Assembly: GCA_963823555.1 (NCBI GenBank)
Contig: CAWGMA010000001.1
Coordinates: forward strand, 1,696,001 to 1,760,000
Length of the DNA stretch: 64,000 nucleotides
Direction: 5' to 3'
DNA from: Candidatus Eiseniibacteriota bacterium
GTDB taxonomy: Bacteria > Eisenbacteria > RBG-16-71-46 > CAVPCR01
The notes beneath the pieces were generated by a model. That model ran no database searches. It was given only the letters and a program-made list of their open reading frames with translations, and was not told the DNA's origin. Shown piece by piece: positions 52,558 to 62,416 of the stretch. The number at the start of each line of letters is the position of its first letter. Positions within the stretch are counted from its first letter, which is position 1. The position numbers and the translations under genes are program-made.

Positions 52558-53946
52558 CTAGATCGGATACTCCTTCTTCCACTCGGGAATCACGGCATCC
52601 TGCGCGCCGCGCTTCTCGAGCTCCGCGACCAGGGCCTCCGACTGATCCGGATCGCCGTGCACGACGAAGATGCGCTTGTCGGCATCGGAGCGATTCTCGA
52701 TCCACTCGAGGAGCTCGTGTTGATCGGCGTGCGCACTCAGGGAGTTCAAGACCCGCACCCGCGCCTTGACCTGATGCGGCTCCCCGAAGATGCGCACTTC
52801 CTTTTCCTTCTCCACGAGCTTCCGCCCCAGCGTGCCATGCGCCTGGTAGCCGACGATGAGCACCGTGTTCCGTCCATCCCCGATGTTGTTCCGCAGGTGA
52901 TGGAGGATGCGCCCCGTCTCCGCCATGCCGGAGGCCGAGATGATCACCATGGGGCCCGGCTTCCCGTTGAGCGCCTTCGAATCCTCGACATGGCGGATGT
53001 AGGTGATGTTGTGGAACCCGAACGGCTTGCCGCCGCCCTCGATCATCTTCTGGACCTCGGAGTCGTAGCACTCCGGATGCAGGCGGTAGATCTCGGTGAT
53101 ATCCACCGTGAGCGGGCTATCGACATAGATCGGGATCACCGGGATCCTCTTCTCCTCCTGGAGCCGCGAGATGACGTAGACCAGTTCCTGGGCCCGGCCG
53201 ACGGCGAAGCTGGGGACGACGACCTTGCTCCCCTTGTCGGCGGCTTCGATGAGCACCGCAGCGATGTCCTCGCTCGCCTTCTCGTAGGGATCGTGCAGCC
53301 GCCCGCCGTAGGTCGACTCGGTGATGAGGACATCGAGACCGAGCGGTCGCTCCGGATCGCGGATGATGGGGCTCTTGCGGCGCCCGAGGTCGCCCGTGAA
53401 CCCGACGCGGCGCTTGATACCGCGCTCCTGCGCATCGAGCGCCACAACCCCCGAACCGAGGATGTGCCCGGCATCGTGGAAGGTAAGGGACACGTTCGGC
53501 ACGATTGGAATCTTGGCGTGATACGGAACCGCGATCATGCGCTCCATGATCTGGATCACATCGCCGTATTCGTAGAGCGGTTCGATCAGGGGCTCGTGCT
53601 TCTTCCTTCTCTTGTTGATGAACTCGGCATCCTGCTCCTGGATGTAAGCCGAGTCACGGAGCATGGCCGAGCAGAGGTCGCGCGTGGCCGGCGTCGTGTA
53701 GACGATGCCCTTGAACCCCTGCCGGGCGAACTGCGGCAGGTTGCCCGAGTGATCGATGTGGGCGTGCGAGAGCACGATGGCATCGATCGAGCCCGGATCG
53801 ACCTCGAGCTGGCGGTTACGCCGGTTCGATTCCTCGCGATGACCCTGGTAGAGACCGCAGTCGAGAAGGATGCGGGATCCGCCTGTCTCGAGAAGATGCA
53901 TCGAGCCGGTCACCGTGCGCACGGCGCCGAGAAAAGTGAGCTTCAC
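52558..53946 (-). CDS. MBL-fold beta-CASP ribonuclease (YSH1/CPSF73-like)
   Basis: GAVRTVTGS, LLDCGLYQG, SHAHIDHSG, AGHILGS, ESTYG, PSFAVGRAQE, SASGM..GRILHHL, SAHAD, VHGD. Confidence 0.92.
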   Translation of the reverse strand: MKLTFLGAVRTVTGSMHLLETGGSRILLDCGLYQGHREESNRRNRQLEVDPGSIDAIVLSHAHIDHSGNLPQFARQGFKGIVYTTPATRDLCSAMLRDSAYIQEQDAEFINKRRKKHEPLIEPLYEYGDVIQIMERMIAVPYHAKIPIVPNVSLTFHDAGHILGSGVVALDAQERGIKRRVGFTGDLGRRKSPIIRDPERPLGLDVLITESTYGGRLHDPYEKASEDIAAVLIEAADKGSKVVVPSFAVGRAQELVYVISRLQEEKRIPVIPIYVDSPLTVDITEIYRLHPECYDSEVQKMIEGGGKPFGFHNITYIRHVEDSKALNGKPGPMVIISASGMAETGRILHHLRNNIGDGRNTVLIVGYQAHGTLGRKLVEKEKEVRIFGEPHQVKARVRVLNSLSAHADQHELLEWIENRSDADKRIFVVHGDPDQSEALVAELEKRGAQDAVIPEWKKEYPI

Positions 53947-55406
53947 GGGGTCTTGCCTCCATCGGCCTCGGTGCCATCCGGGCCCGGGCCGGGCTCGGGA
54001 TTGCCAGGAGGTGCCGCCGGTTCCACATCCGGCGCCGCACTCGAGGGTGCTGCCGGCTCGGGTGCGGTCGCCTTCGTGCCCGGCTCGGGACAGCCATCAT
54101 CGTCCTCGAAACCGTCCAAGTCCTCGGGGGTTTTGGGACAGAGATCGTCGCGATCGGGAATCCCATCGCCGTCATCATCCAGATCGGGGCAACCATCATC
54201 ATCCTGGAATCCATCCCGATCCTCGGGATCGTTCGGGCACTCATCCGAGAAATCGAGGATGCCATCCCCATCGTTGTCCAGATCCGGGCAGCCGTCGCGG
54301 TCGGCGAACCCATCCCGGTCCTCGACCTCACGGGGACAGAGGTCCTCCAGATCCCCCACCCCATCGCCATCGTGGTCGGGCTGGAGAACGGCCAGATCAG
54401 GACCGACCCGGACGCGAAGCGTCCACTCCGGGTAGACGAGCCGGGGATCGAAGGCGGTGGCTGGATCGTCGCTGGCAAGCAGCAGATCGGCCTGGGTCGA
54501 GAGCTCGAGCCCGAAAGCGCGGAGGGCGAACCCCGGGCTCAGGGAACGGGGCGCTTCCTTGGGGGCCATCTCGCGGACACCCTGGAGGCGCGGGAGCTCG
54601 TACTCCGCGAATAATGTCGTCCGGCCGTGGGTGAGGGCGATGGCGAACCGCCAATCGAGACGATCAGCGGCCGGAGACTGGATCGAGAGAGCCGGCATGC
54701 GTTCGCGGAAGGGAACAAACGCCTCCCCCGGCTCGAGGTCGACTCGCCCGGTCCAACGACCCTCGGCGTGAAAGTGGATGGGGACCGGCACGCCGGCGCC
54801 GGTGAGCGCCACCGTGAGCCCAGCTCCGGCGAAGGGCGCCGTGCCGCCGGCCGTGAAGGGCTGGATGATCGCATCGCCGGCGGCCAGGGCATCGCTGCGA
54901 CCAGTGGCCAGGAAGGCCCCGCCCCCGAGTCGACCGCGAAGCCTCCCCCCGAGCAATGGGTGCGCGTAGTCGAGACCCACGGCCAGGTCCTCGATCCCAG
55001 TCCGGTTTCCGGCTGGCGCCAGATCGAGCCCCAGCCAGGACACCTGGGTGCGGGCCGTGAGGCCGTAGCCGATGCCGAACCCCGCATCGATACCCAGCCT
55101 CCGCACGCCGCCATCCGCGAGCAGGGTCCACGCTGCGTCCTCGGCTTCGCCGGCCCGCTCCGGATAGGCGAAACCTTCATACTCGAACCTGAGGCCGAGG
55201 ACATGTTCCGGAAGCGGCACTGCCGGGCGCGCTCGCACGAGGCGGAAGGGCGGCCAGTCGACCGGCCCGATCCGGTCCGGAAACGCCAGGACCCCGGCCC
55301 GGGCGCTCGCCGGTGGACCGATGAGGATCGAAGCAAGGAGGAGCATGGCTCCGGTAGCGATCCGGCGGCGCGCCGTCGCCGCCGGCACCGGAGCCCGCCC
55401 TGTCAT
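53943..55406 (-). CDS. Exported protein: probable beta-barrel + thrombospondin type-3 Ca-binding repeats + Pro/Ala tail
   Basis: Signal peptide, alternating beta-strand segments, then three pairs of DxDGDGxxDxxDxCP / EDxDGFxDxDGCP at about 54085-54380. Confidence 0.75.
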   Translation of the reverse strand: MTGRAPVPAATARRRIATGAMLLLASILIGPPASARAGVLAFPDRIGPVDWPPFRLVRARPAVPLPEHVLGLRFEYEGFAYPERAGEAEDAAWTLLADGGVRRLGIDAGFGIGYGLTARTQVSWLGLDLAPAGNRTGIEDLAVGLDYAHPLLGGRLRGRLGGGAFLATGRSDALAAGDAIIQPFTAGGTAPFAGAGLTVALTGAGVPVPIHFHAEGRWTGRVDLEPGEAFVPFRERMPALSIQSPAADRLDWRFAIALTHGRTTLFAEYELPRLQGVREMAPKEAPRSLSPGFALRAFGLELSTQADLLLASDDPATAFDPRLVYPEWTLRVRVGPDLAVLQPDHDGDGVGDLEDLCPREVEDRDGFADRDGCPDLDNDGDGILDFSDECPNDPEDRDGFQDDDGCPDLDDDGDGIPDRDDLCPKTPEDLDGFEDDDGCPEPGTKATAPEPAAPSSAAPDVEPAAPPGNPEPGPGPDGTEADGGKTP

Positions 55407-56785
55407 CGGACCATCACGGAGGGCTCGACCTCGGCAAGGCGAGCGGTGAAGTGGCGCAGCACGGGCGCCTCGTAGGTGAGACGGAGCCCGCGCACCCGGT
55501 CGCGAGCCTTCCACACCTCGATGATCGCGTCCGCGACGTAGCGCATGTGCTGGGTCGTGTAGACGCGGCGCGGGATCGCGAGCCGGACGAGCTCCAGATC
55601 GGGATAGACCGGACGTCCGCTCTCCACTCTCCCGAACATGAGGCTTCCGATCTCGACGGCCCGGATTCCCCCCTCCACGTAGAGCGCAGCGGTCAGCGCC
55701 TGCGCCGGAAACTGCTCCTGGGGAATCTGGGGCAGGAACCGGCGCGCGTTGAGATACACGGCGTGGCCGCCCGCCGGGCGCACCAGCGGAATCCCCGCCT
55801 CATCGAGCATCTCCCAGAGGTTCCGCACCTGGGCTGTGCGAAAGCGCAGGTAGTCGTCGTCGAGAACCTCCCTCAGCCCGATGGCCATGGCCTCGAGATC
55901 GCGACCGGCGAGCCCGCCATAGGTCGGGAATCCCTCGACCAGGATGAGCAAGTTCTTGATCTGCTCGGCGAGCGAGTCGTCCTCGAGACACAAGAATCCG
56001 CCGATGTTCACGAGGCCGTCCTTCTTGGCGCTCATGGTGCAGCCCTGGGCATGGGAGAACATCTCGCGCGCGATCTCGTGGATGGTGCGATTCGCGTAGC
56101 CCGCCTCGCGTTCCTTGATGAAGTAGCTGTTCTCGGCAAAGCGGCAAGCGTCAATGAACAAGGGGATCCGGTACCGGTCCAGGAGGGCGCGCGTGTCACG
56201 GATGTTCTGCATCGAAACCGGCTGCCCACCTCCTGAGTTGTTGGTCACCGTCATCATCACCAGCGGGACCTGCGCCGGCCCGTGTTCCTTGATCACTTGC
56301 TCGAGCTTGGCGATATCCATGTTGCCCTTGAACGGGAGCTCGGCATCGGGATTGTAGGCGTCGGCAATGGCACAGTCGATCGCCTTGCCGCCGACATGTT
56401 CGACGTTGGCGCGAGTCGTGTCGAAGTGGATGTTGTTGGGAACCACGTTCCCCGCTGTGACCACGGTCGAGAACAGGAGATGTTCGGCCACGCGTCCCTG
56501 ATGCGTTGGGATCACATGCTTGAAGCCGAAGATGTCGCGAACCACCGATTCGAGATGATAGAAGTTCTGGCTGCCGGCATAGGATTCGTCACCTTGCATC
56601 AGTCCCGCCCACTGCATCTGACTCATGGCGGAGGTGCCTGAATCGGTGAGGAGGTCGATGAAGATCTTGTCCGCCGGTATTCGGAACACGTTGTAGCCGG
56701 CTTCCTGGATGGCGCTGAGACGCTCCTCGCGTGAGATGTGGCGGATAGGCTCGACGACCTTGATCTTGAATGGCTCGGTGAGCAT
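55403..56785 (-). CDS. tnaA: Tryptophanase (beta-eliminating lyase)
   Basis: EPFKIKVVE, DLLTDSGT, HQGR, FDTT, PLP site MSAKKD; GIRAVEIGS and LRHFTAR match tryptophanase rather than tyrosine phenol-lyase (which has ERG and LRFFTAR). Confidence 0.88.
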   Translation of the reverse strand: MLTEPFKIKVVEPIRHISREERLSAIQEAGYNVFRIPADKIFIDLLTDSGTSAMSQMQWAGLMQGDESYAGSQNFYHLESVVRDIFGFKHVIPTHQGRVAEHLLFSTVVTAGNVVPNNIHFDTTRANVEHVGGKAIDCAIADAYNPDAELPFKGNMDIAKLEQVIKEHGPAQVPLVMMTVTNNSGGGQPVSMQNIRDTRALLDRYRIPLFIDACRFAENSYFIKEREAGYANRTIHEIAREMFSHAQGCTMSAKKDGLVNIGGFLCLEDDSLAEQIKNLLILVEGFPTYGGLAGRDLEAMAIGLREVLDDDYLRFRTAQVRNLWEMLDEAGIPLVRPAGGHAVYLNARRFLPQIPQEQFPAQALTAALYVEGGIRAVEIGSLMFGRVESGRPVYPDLELVRLAIPRRVYTTQHMRYVADAIIEVWKARDRVRGLRLTYEAPVLRHFTARLAEVEPSVMVR

Positions 56786-57076
56786 GGTCCCTCCGTCCGC
56801 GGCGGACCCGCCGGCTAAACGGCCCGGCCCTGGAATGCAATCGCATTCCAGGGGCCAGCGCCCTCCAGCGCCCGCCTGGCGGCCTTCCGTGTAACACAGG
56901 ACGCCCGCCGGCTCAACCAGACCCAGCGGGGCCGCCAGGACTTCCGGAACCCTTGCCCGGCTCATCAAGGCTGTGTTAACCTACATATTTGAACGGTGAT
57001 CATGGGCGGGCTGGATCACGAAGACGCGCCCCGCCACATGTCATGTCCTGTGCCTTCCCCTAGAGGTTAGCTCATT

Positions 57077-57568
57077 ATGGGTAGCAAGCAGTCCAAGGCC
57101 TCGGCCAAAAAGAAGTCCGCGCGCACGGCCAAGCCCAAGAACGTAACCGACAGGGCGGTCATCGAGGTTGCCTCCGCTATCATCCAGCGCGAAGGACGTT
57201 ATCTGGTCTCGCAGCGGCCTGAGGGTTCGCATCTCGGTCCATGCTGGGAGTTCCCCGGCGGCAAGCGACTTTCGACCGAGACCATCGAAGAGTGCGCCAT
57301 GCGCAAGGTGCGCGAGGAGCTGGGGATCGAGATCTCCGTCGACAAGCTCTGGCGTGTGATCGAACGCACCTATCCGGAGCGGATTGTTCGCCTTCACTTC
57401 TTCCTGTGCAGCCTCGAATCGGGAACTCCCCGCGCCATCGGCTGCCAGCATTTCCGCTGGATCCAGCCCAGCGAGTTCGGCAACTACGAGTTCCCGCCGG
57501 CCGATCTCGACATCGTCCACGAGTTGGCGCGGAAGAGCCTCCGGATGCAGGCGGCGGCCACCGTCTAG
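57077..57568 (+). CDS. MutT-like NUDIX protein with a degenerate Nudix box and basic N-terminal tail
   Basis: WEFPGGK....E.......RKVREELGI and FPPAD; the canonical RE reads RK. Confidence 0.85.
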   Translation: MGSKQSKASAKKKSARTAKPKNVTDRAVIEVASAIIQREGRYLVSQRPEGSHLGPCWEFPGGKRLSTETIEECAMRKVREELGIEISVDKLWRVIERTYPERIVRLHFFLCSLESGTPRAIGCQHFRWIQPSEFGNYEFPPADLDIVHELARKSLRMQAAATV

Positions 57569-57678
57569 GATCAGGCAGGTCCGGCGCGGAGCGCCGCCGG
57601 ATCCGCTCTCACCGGCATCTCCCCCTCTTCTCCCCCTGTTATCGCCGCGCCCTGGAACCTCCAACAACCCGGGAATCC

Positions 57679-58311
57679 ATGAAGATCGACCCCAAGGACA
57701 TGCCTGGCAAGGCCAGTTATTCGCTCCTCATCTCGACGATCGTGCCGCGCCCGATCGCCTGGGTCTCGACCCTGTCCCCGGAAGGGCGCCCGAACCTCGC
57801 CCCGTTCAGCTTCTTCATGGGCGTGAGCTCGGATCCCCCGATGCTCGCGGTCGCCATCGGCCGCCGGCGTGGCGAACCGAAGGACACGGCTCGCAACATC
57901 GAGGCTCGGGGCGAGTTCGTCGTCAACGTCGTGACCGCGGATCTCGGGCCCGCCATGGTGCTCACCTCGGCCGACTTCGGACCCGACCAGGACGAGTTCG
58001 CCGAGGTCGGGCTGACCCCGATCCCCTCCGAACGGGTCTCACCACCTCGGGTCCAGGAGTCGCCGATCCACATGGAGTGCCGGCTCGAGCGTCTGATCGC
58101 GATTGGCCGGTCGGCCACCGCGCTTGCCATCGGGGAAGTGGTCCTGTTCCACGTCGATGACGCCTTGTGGACGGGAAACGACGTGGATATCGCTCGGCTC
58201 AAGCCCCTGGGCCGTCTCGGTGGGACGCTCTATGCGCCGGTCACCGAGGTGCAGGCGATCCCGCGCCCCGCGCTCGACCCCGCGACCGGTCGCCTCCGGG
58301 GTCCGCGCTAG
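57679..58311 (+). CDS. Flavin reductase-like FMN-binding protein
   Basis: IVPRPIAWVST, NLAPFSFF, KDTARNI, EFVVN, PLGRLGG..Y. Confidence 0.9.
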   Translation: MKIDPKDMPGKASYSLLISTIVPRPIAWVSTLSPEGRPNLAPFSFFMGVSSDPPMLAVAIGRRRGEPKDTARNIEARGEFVVNVVTADLGPAMVLTSADFGPDQDEFAEVGLTPIPSERVSPPRVQESPIHMECRLERLIAIGRSATALAIGEVVLFHVDDALWTGNDVDIARLKPLGRLGGTLYAPVTEVQAIPRPALDPATGRLRGPR

Positions 58312-58338
58312 CAAGACCTGCCCTACCGAAGCGCCTCG

Positions 58339-58776
58339 TCAGGAATCCTCAGCCTGATCGCCGGCTCCGCGGCGCTCGCGCTTGCGCTGGCGTTGCCGAG
58401 CCTTGGCCCGCAGGCGCTCCTCCACCGCGGCACGCGAGGGCTTGGTGGGACGGCGGGGGCGGGGCGGAGTGAGCGCGCGCTCGATGAGGCGGCGCAACCG
58501 GGCGCGGCACTCCTCGAGATTGCGGGCCTGGGTCCGGTACCGCTGGCTCGTCAGGACCAGCTCGCCATCCTGGGTCACTCGACCGCGCGCGAGACGCTCG
58601 ACTCGCGCCTTCACCTCAGGCGACAGCGCCACGGAGGATGCCAGCGCGAAGCGCAGAGTGGCCCGCGTCTCGACCTTGTTGACGTTCTGTCCGCCCGGTC
58701 CGCTGGCGCGCGAGAAGCTGGCAGTGAGGTCGGCCGCTGGAATGACGAGCCCGGACCGGATCTCGAGCGGTTCCAT
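58339..58776 (-). CDS. arfB: Alternative ribosome-rescue peptidyl-tRNA hydrolase
   Basis: SRASGPGGQNVNKV, RTQARN, basic tail RRPTKPS...RLRAK. Confidence 0.93.
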   Translation of the reverse strand: MEPLEIRSGLVIPAADLTASFSRASGPGGQNVNKVETRATLRFALASSVALSPEVKARVERLARGRVTQDGELVLTSQRYRTQARNLEECRARLRRLIERALTPPRPRRPTKPSRAAVEERLRAKARQRQRKRERRGAGDQAEDS

Positions 58777-58804
58777 CTCCGGCCCTCCCCTGCAGCGCTC
58801 CCCC

Positions 58805-60142
58805 CTACACCGGAAGCCGGAGCGGCTGGGCCATCGTGGCCTCGATCTCGGCGATCTCCTTGGGTACCGCCGCGGTCAGGACCTCTCGGCCCGTCCGGGT
58901 CACGAGGATGTCATCCTCGATGCGCACGCCGATGCCGTGATAGCGCTTGGGAACCCCACGCGATCCAGCCGGGATGTAGATCCCCGGCTCGATCGTGAGA
59001 ACCATGCCGGGCTCGAGGCGCCGCCACCGCTTGCCATTGCGGTAGCTCCCGACATCGTGCACGTCCATGCCGAGCCAGTGGCTGGTCCCGTGCATGAAGA
59101 AGCGCTTGTGCTTCTCCTTCTTGATGAGGTCGCGAACCTCGCCGCGCAAGAGACCGAGCCGAACCAGGCCTCGCGTGATGACCCTGGTTGCGGTGTCGTG
59201 AATGCGATTGAAGGGCGCTCCGGGGCGCACGGCGGCGATCGCGGCCTTCTGGGCGGCGAGCACCACCGAGTAGATGTCGCGCTGGGCGGCGGTGAAGTGC
59301 CCGTTCGCCGGGAAGGTGCGCGTGATATCGCCCGAGAAGAGCTGGTACTCGGCGCCGGCGTCGATCAGGAGGAGCTCACCATCCCGGATCTCGTGGTCGT
59401 TCTCGTTGTAGTGGAGGATCGTGGCGTTCTCCCCGGAGGCCACGATGTGGTTGTAGCCGGGAGAGCGGGCGCCGAGACGCTTGAACACGTATTCGAGCAG
59501 GGCTTCGATCTCGAACTCCATCATCCCGGGCCGGCACGCCCGCATGCTGGCGATGTGGCCGGCAGCACTGATGGCCGCCGCCTTTCGCTGCAACTCGAGA
59601 TCATAGGGCCCCTTGCGCAGCCGCATCTCGTGCAGCACTTCACGCAGATCGAGGACCCCTGCCGGGGGGCGGACTCCGTTCCGCGACTTGCGCCGGAGCC
59701 CGTCGAGAACGGCGTTCACCATGGCATCGAAGTCGGGATACTTGCCTGGAGCCAGGAAGACGCGATCGGCCCCGGCCAGGAGCTGCGGCAGCTCGGCGTC
59801 CAGTTCGGCGATGGGATGGGCGATGTCCGCCCCGAAGATCTTTCGCGCCCCGTCGGGCCCGTGCCGCCGGCCGTCCCAGGTCTCCCGCTCCGGGTCGCGA
59901 GGCTGAACGAAGAGCACGAACGGTTGCTTGTGGCCCGGACGGAGGACCGCCACCGCATTCGGCTCAGCGAATCCTGTGAGATAGAAGAAATCGCTGTCGG
60001 GGCGGTAGGGATACTCGGTGTCGTTGGAGCGAGTACGCTGCGGTGCGGTCGGAATGAGCGCAACGCCCTTGCGAAGGACACGCATCAGCTCGCGGCGACG
60101 GCGACTGAAGACTTCGAGATCAAGCCGACCCTTGGTGCTCAT
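58805..60142 (-). CDS. pepP: Xaa-Pro aminopeptidase P
   Basis: YRPDSDFFYLTG, WDGRR, ILHY, DAG..DITRT, HGTSHWLGMDVHD, TIEPGIY, GVRIEDD; RBS AAGGAG before the ATG at 60142. Confidence 0.94.
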   Translation of the reverse strand: MSTKGRLDLEVFSRRRRELMRVLRKGVALIPTAPQRTRSNDTEYPYRPDSDFFYLTGFAEPNAVAVLRPGHKQPFVLFVQPRDPERETWDGRRHGPDGARKIFGADIAHPIAELDAELPQLLAGADRVFLAPGKYPDFDAMVNAVLDGLRRKSRNGVRPPAGVLDLREVLHEMRLRKGPYDLELQRKAAAISAAGHIASMRACRPGMMEFEIEALLEYVFKRLGARSPGYNHIVASGENATILHYNENDHEIRDGELLLIDAGAEYQLFSGDITRTFPANGHFTAAQRDIYSVVLAAQKAAIAAVRPGAPFNRIHDTATRVITRGLVRLGLLRGEVRDLIKKEKHKRFFMHGTSHWLGMDVHDVGSYRNGKRWRRLEPGMVLTIEPGIYIPAGSRGVPKRYHGIGVRIEDDILVTRTGREVLTAAVPKEIAEIEATMAQPLRLPV

Positions 60143-60428
60143 CGAACTCACTCCTTGCAGAAGGCGGGTCGCCATCAGGAGCTCCAGCATGGACAGGGAG
60201 CGCCTGAATCGACCCGGACGAAAACGGGCGGCACAGTGTACCAGGACGATGCTCGCCCCCGGGAGGCGCGCTCGCCCAGCTCGAGAGCGGCCCCGGTGGC
60301 CGCTCCCGGCCCGGCCGGCCAGGGTTCCGTCAGCCTGCCTTCTTGACAATCGGACCCCCACCCTGTGGCATGATACAAAGGACCGACGGCCAGGGCGAGC
60401 AGCGCTCGAAACCATGGAGAAGGCGCCC

Positions 60429-61301
60429 ATGATCGAAGAACACTGGAATCTCCTGCACGCGCCCTTCACTCTGGACCCGGACGTCCGGTTCCTGTTCGAG
60501 TCGGCGGGCCATCGGGAAGGCCTGGCTCGCCTCCTCTTCGCCGTGCGCGAGCTACGCGGAGGGATCACGCTCCTCACGGGCGAGATCGGCTGCGGCAAGA
60601 CGACTCTGGCCCGCACGCTGTTCCGCCTGCTGCCGCCCGAGCATTTCCGCGCGGCCTTCATCGGCAACCCGCTCTTGCCGGTCGCCCAGTTGCTCGCGGT
60701 CACGCTCCGCGAGTTCGGAGCCATGAGAGCGCGCGGCAACAAGGCCACCCAGAGTGCTGCGCTCCAGGCCTATCTCACCGAGCTCAGCGGCAAGCATCTG
60801 GCTCCGGTGCTGGTGGTCGATGAGGCGCAGCTCCTGGGCCGCCCGCAGCTCGAGGAGCTGCGCCTGCTCACGAATCTGGAAACCAGTGAGCGGAAGTTGC
60901 TGCACCTTGTCCTCCTCGGGCAACCTGAGCTGGCCCAGCGCGCATCGCGATTCCCGGAGCTGGCGCAGCGCATCACGATGCGATTCCACCTGCGGCCGCT
61001 CGGCCTCGTCGAGACCGGGCGCTACATCGATCACCGCCTGCGCGTCGCGGGCGCCAGCTATCCCATCTTCACCGACAGCGCAACCGCCGAGGTCTACCGT
61101 CACTCCGGTGGCGTGCCCCGTCTCATCAACATTCTGTGCGCGCACGCGCTCTTCCTGGCTGCGGCTGATCGCCGCGCCCAGGTCGATGCCGCCTTCGTGG
61201 CCAGCGCCGCGCGTGAACTCGATCCACACGGCGACCAGCGACCCCAATCCGCCGCGAGCACCCCACGCGACCGCGACCCGGTCCATCAGGAGCAGGGATG
61301 A
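60429..61301 (+). CDS. ExeA/GspA-like AAA ATPase
   Basis: PF...PD, Walker A GEIGCGKT, Walker B VVDEAQ, LEELRLLTNLE, LLGQPEL, YIDHRL, SGGVPRLIN; no TM or peptidoglycan-binding tail. Confidence 0.9.
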   Translation: MIEEHWNLLHAPFTLDPDVRFLFESAGHREGLARLLFAVRELRGGITLLTGEIGCGKTTLARTLFRLLPPEHFRAAFIGNPLLPVAQLLAVTLREFGAMRARGNKATQSAALQAYLTELSGKHLAPVLVVDEAQLLGRPQLEELRLLTNLETSERKLLHLVLLGQPELAQRASRFPELAQRITMRFHLRPLGLVETGRYIDHRLRVAGASYPIFTDSATAEVYRHSGGVPRLINILCAHALFLAAADRRAQVDAAFVASAARELDPHGDQRPQSAASTPRDRDPVHQEQG

Positions 61302-61921
61302 ACGAACCGCTTCCCAAGAAGGTCGAAACAGGGATCGACAGCGAGGAGCAGGCGCTTCCGGCCAGCTACACGAGATTCCTCGACCGGTGGCCCGAGGTGG
61401 CCGGCGGCCCCTCGGCCCGTCCCACCCAGCCAGAAGCGACAGGAAGCAAGGAAGCCCCGGGCGACGCCGCGAAGCCTGACACCGCCCGCAAGCGGCGCCG
61501 CCGGGCGCGGCCCCCCCGCACGGCGACCGGGTCCCGAGCCTCGGGGCCGTTCGTCGCCCCGCGCCGGAGGGCGTCCACCGAGAGCATCAAGGTGCGCCTT
61601 GCTCCGGAGCAGCTGTACTGGCTCCGCCTGACCGCCGCCCGCGCCGGACGCAAGGTGAACGAGTCGATGATCGTCGCCGCCGGTCTCCGCGTCATCGAGT
61701 GGCTGAATCTCGATTGGCGGTGCATCGACTCACGCACCGCCATCGCCGCCGCCCTCGCCGAGGCCCTCTCGCCCGAAGGGCCGGAGCGCAGCGCGGCGGA
61801 TCTCGAGGGAGAGTGGGGCAAGCTGGAAGCCAGCGTCCGCAGGGAAGCGGCAACGCCGCCTCCGCCACCTCCCCCCGCCGCGAGCGAACCCCATCCCGAG
61901 CCCGGAGCCACGGAGGCCTAA
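61298..61921 (+). CDS. Hypothetical protein with a disordered Arg-rich N-terminus and putative ribbon-helix-helix core
   Basis: Coupled by an ATGA overlap; RKRRRRARPPR patch; SIKVRL strand followed by two predicted helices. Confidence 0.6.
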   Translation: MNEPLPKKVETGIDSEEQALPASYTRFLDRWPEVAGGPSARPTQPEATGSKEAPGDAAKPDTARKRRRRARPPRTATGSRASGPFVAPRRRASTESIKVRLAPEQLYWLRLTAARAGRKVNESMIVAAGLRVIEWLNLDWRCIDSRTAIAAALAEALSPEGPERSAADLEGEWGKLEASVRREAATPPPPPPPAASEPHPEPGATEA

Positions 61922-61924
61922 CGG

Positions 61925-62416
61925 ATGGCGGCGGCGCAGGGACTGGCGGGCGTGGGTCCGGAAACCCCACTCGTCACCTTTCTCCGGATGCTCATTCTCA
62001 GACGGCTCGATCGGATGATGGCGCACTTCCCGGGCACACTCGCGGGTGACATCGAGGAGTTGCACAACATGCGTGTGGACTCACGTCGCCTGCGCAGCGC
62101 CCTTCTTCTCGGGCGCGATCTCTTTCCCGCTCGCCGCCGCTACCGCCGCTTCGAACGCCGGATCACCCGCTTCACGCGCGCGCTCGGTCATGTTCGCGAT
62201 CTCGACGTCATGCTGCTCTACCTCGAGGGCGAACGCGCCGCGGCTTCGCCCGCGGAGATCCCGCACCTCGACCGTCTGGCGGCCCACATCGATGGCCGGC
62301 GCGCGGAACGCCGTGAAGCCATGAACGAGGCCCTGCACGTTCTCGGCAGCCCCGAGAAACTCAAGCGCATGGCCTCAATGTTCGAGGACTCTGCTAGTAT
62401 GGAGCGGCCGGTATGA
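61925..62416 (+). CDS. Half-length CHAD-domain protein
   Basis: EELHNMRVDSRRLRS and LGHVRDLDV CHAD motifs; 163 aa. Confidence 0.82.
   Translation: MAAAQGLAGVGPETPLVTFLRMLILRRLDRMMAHFPGTLAGDIEELHNMRVDSRRLRSALLLGRDLFPARRRYRRFERRITRFTRALGHVRDLDVMLLYLEGERAAASPAEIPHLDRLAAHIDGRRAERREAMNEALHVLGSPEKLKRMASMFEDSASMERPV

Noticed and set aside
54085..54380. Periodic DNA repeats suggesting a CRISPR array
   Set aside because: They are in-frame degenerate codon repeats of TSP3 motifs; no identical direct repeats with spacers and no cas genes in the window.
56786..56900. TnaC-like leader peptide
   Set aside because: No short Trp-containing uORF ending before tnaA downstream of the likely promoter.
60429..61301. 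Type II secretion or Tn7/Mu transposition role for the ExeA-like ATPase
   Set aside because: No gsp, pil or msh genes and no transposase nearby.
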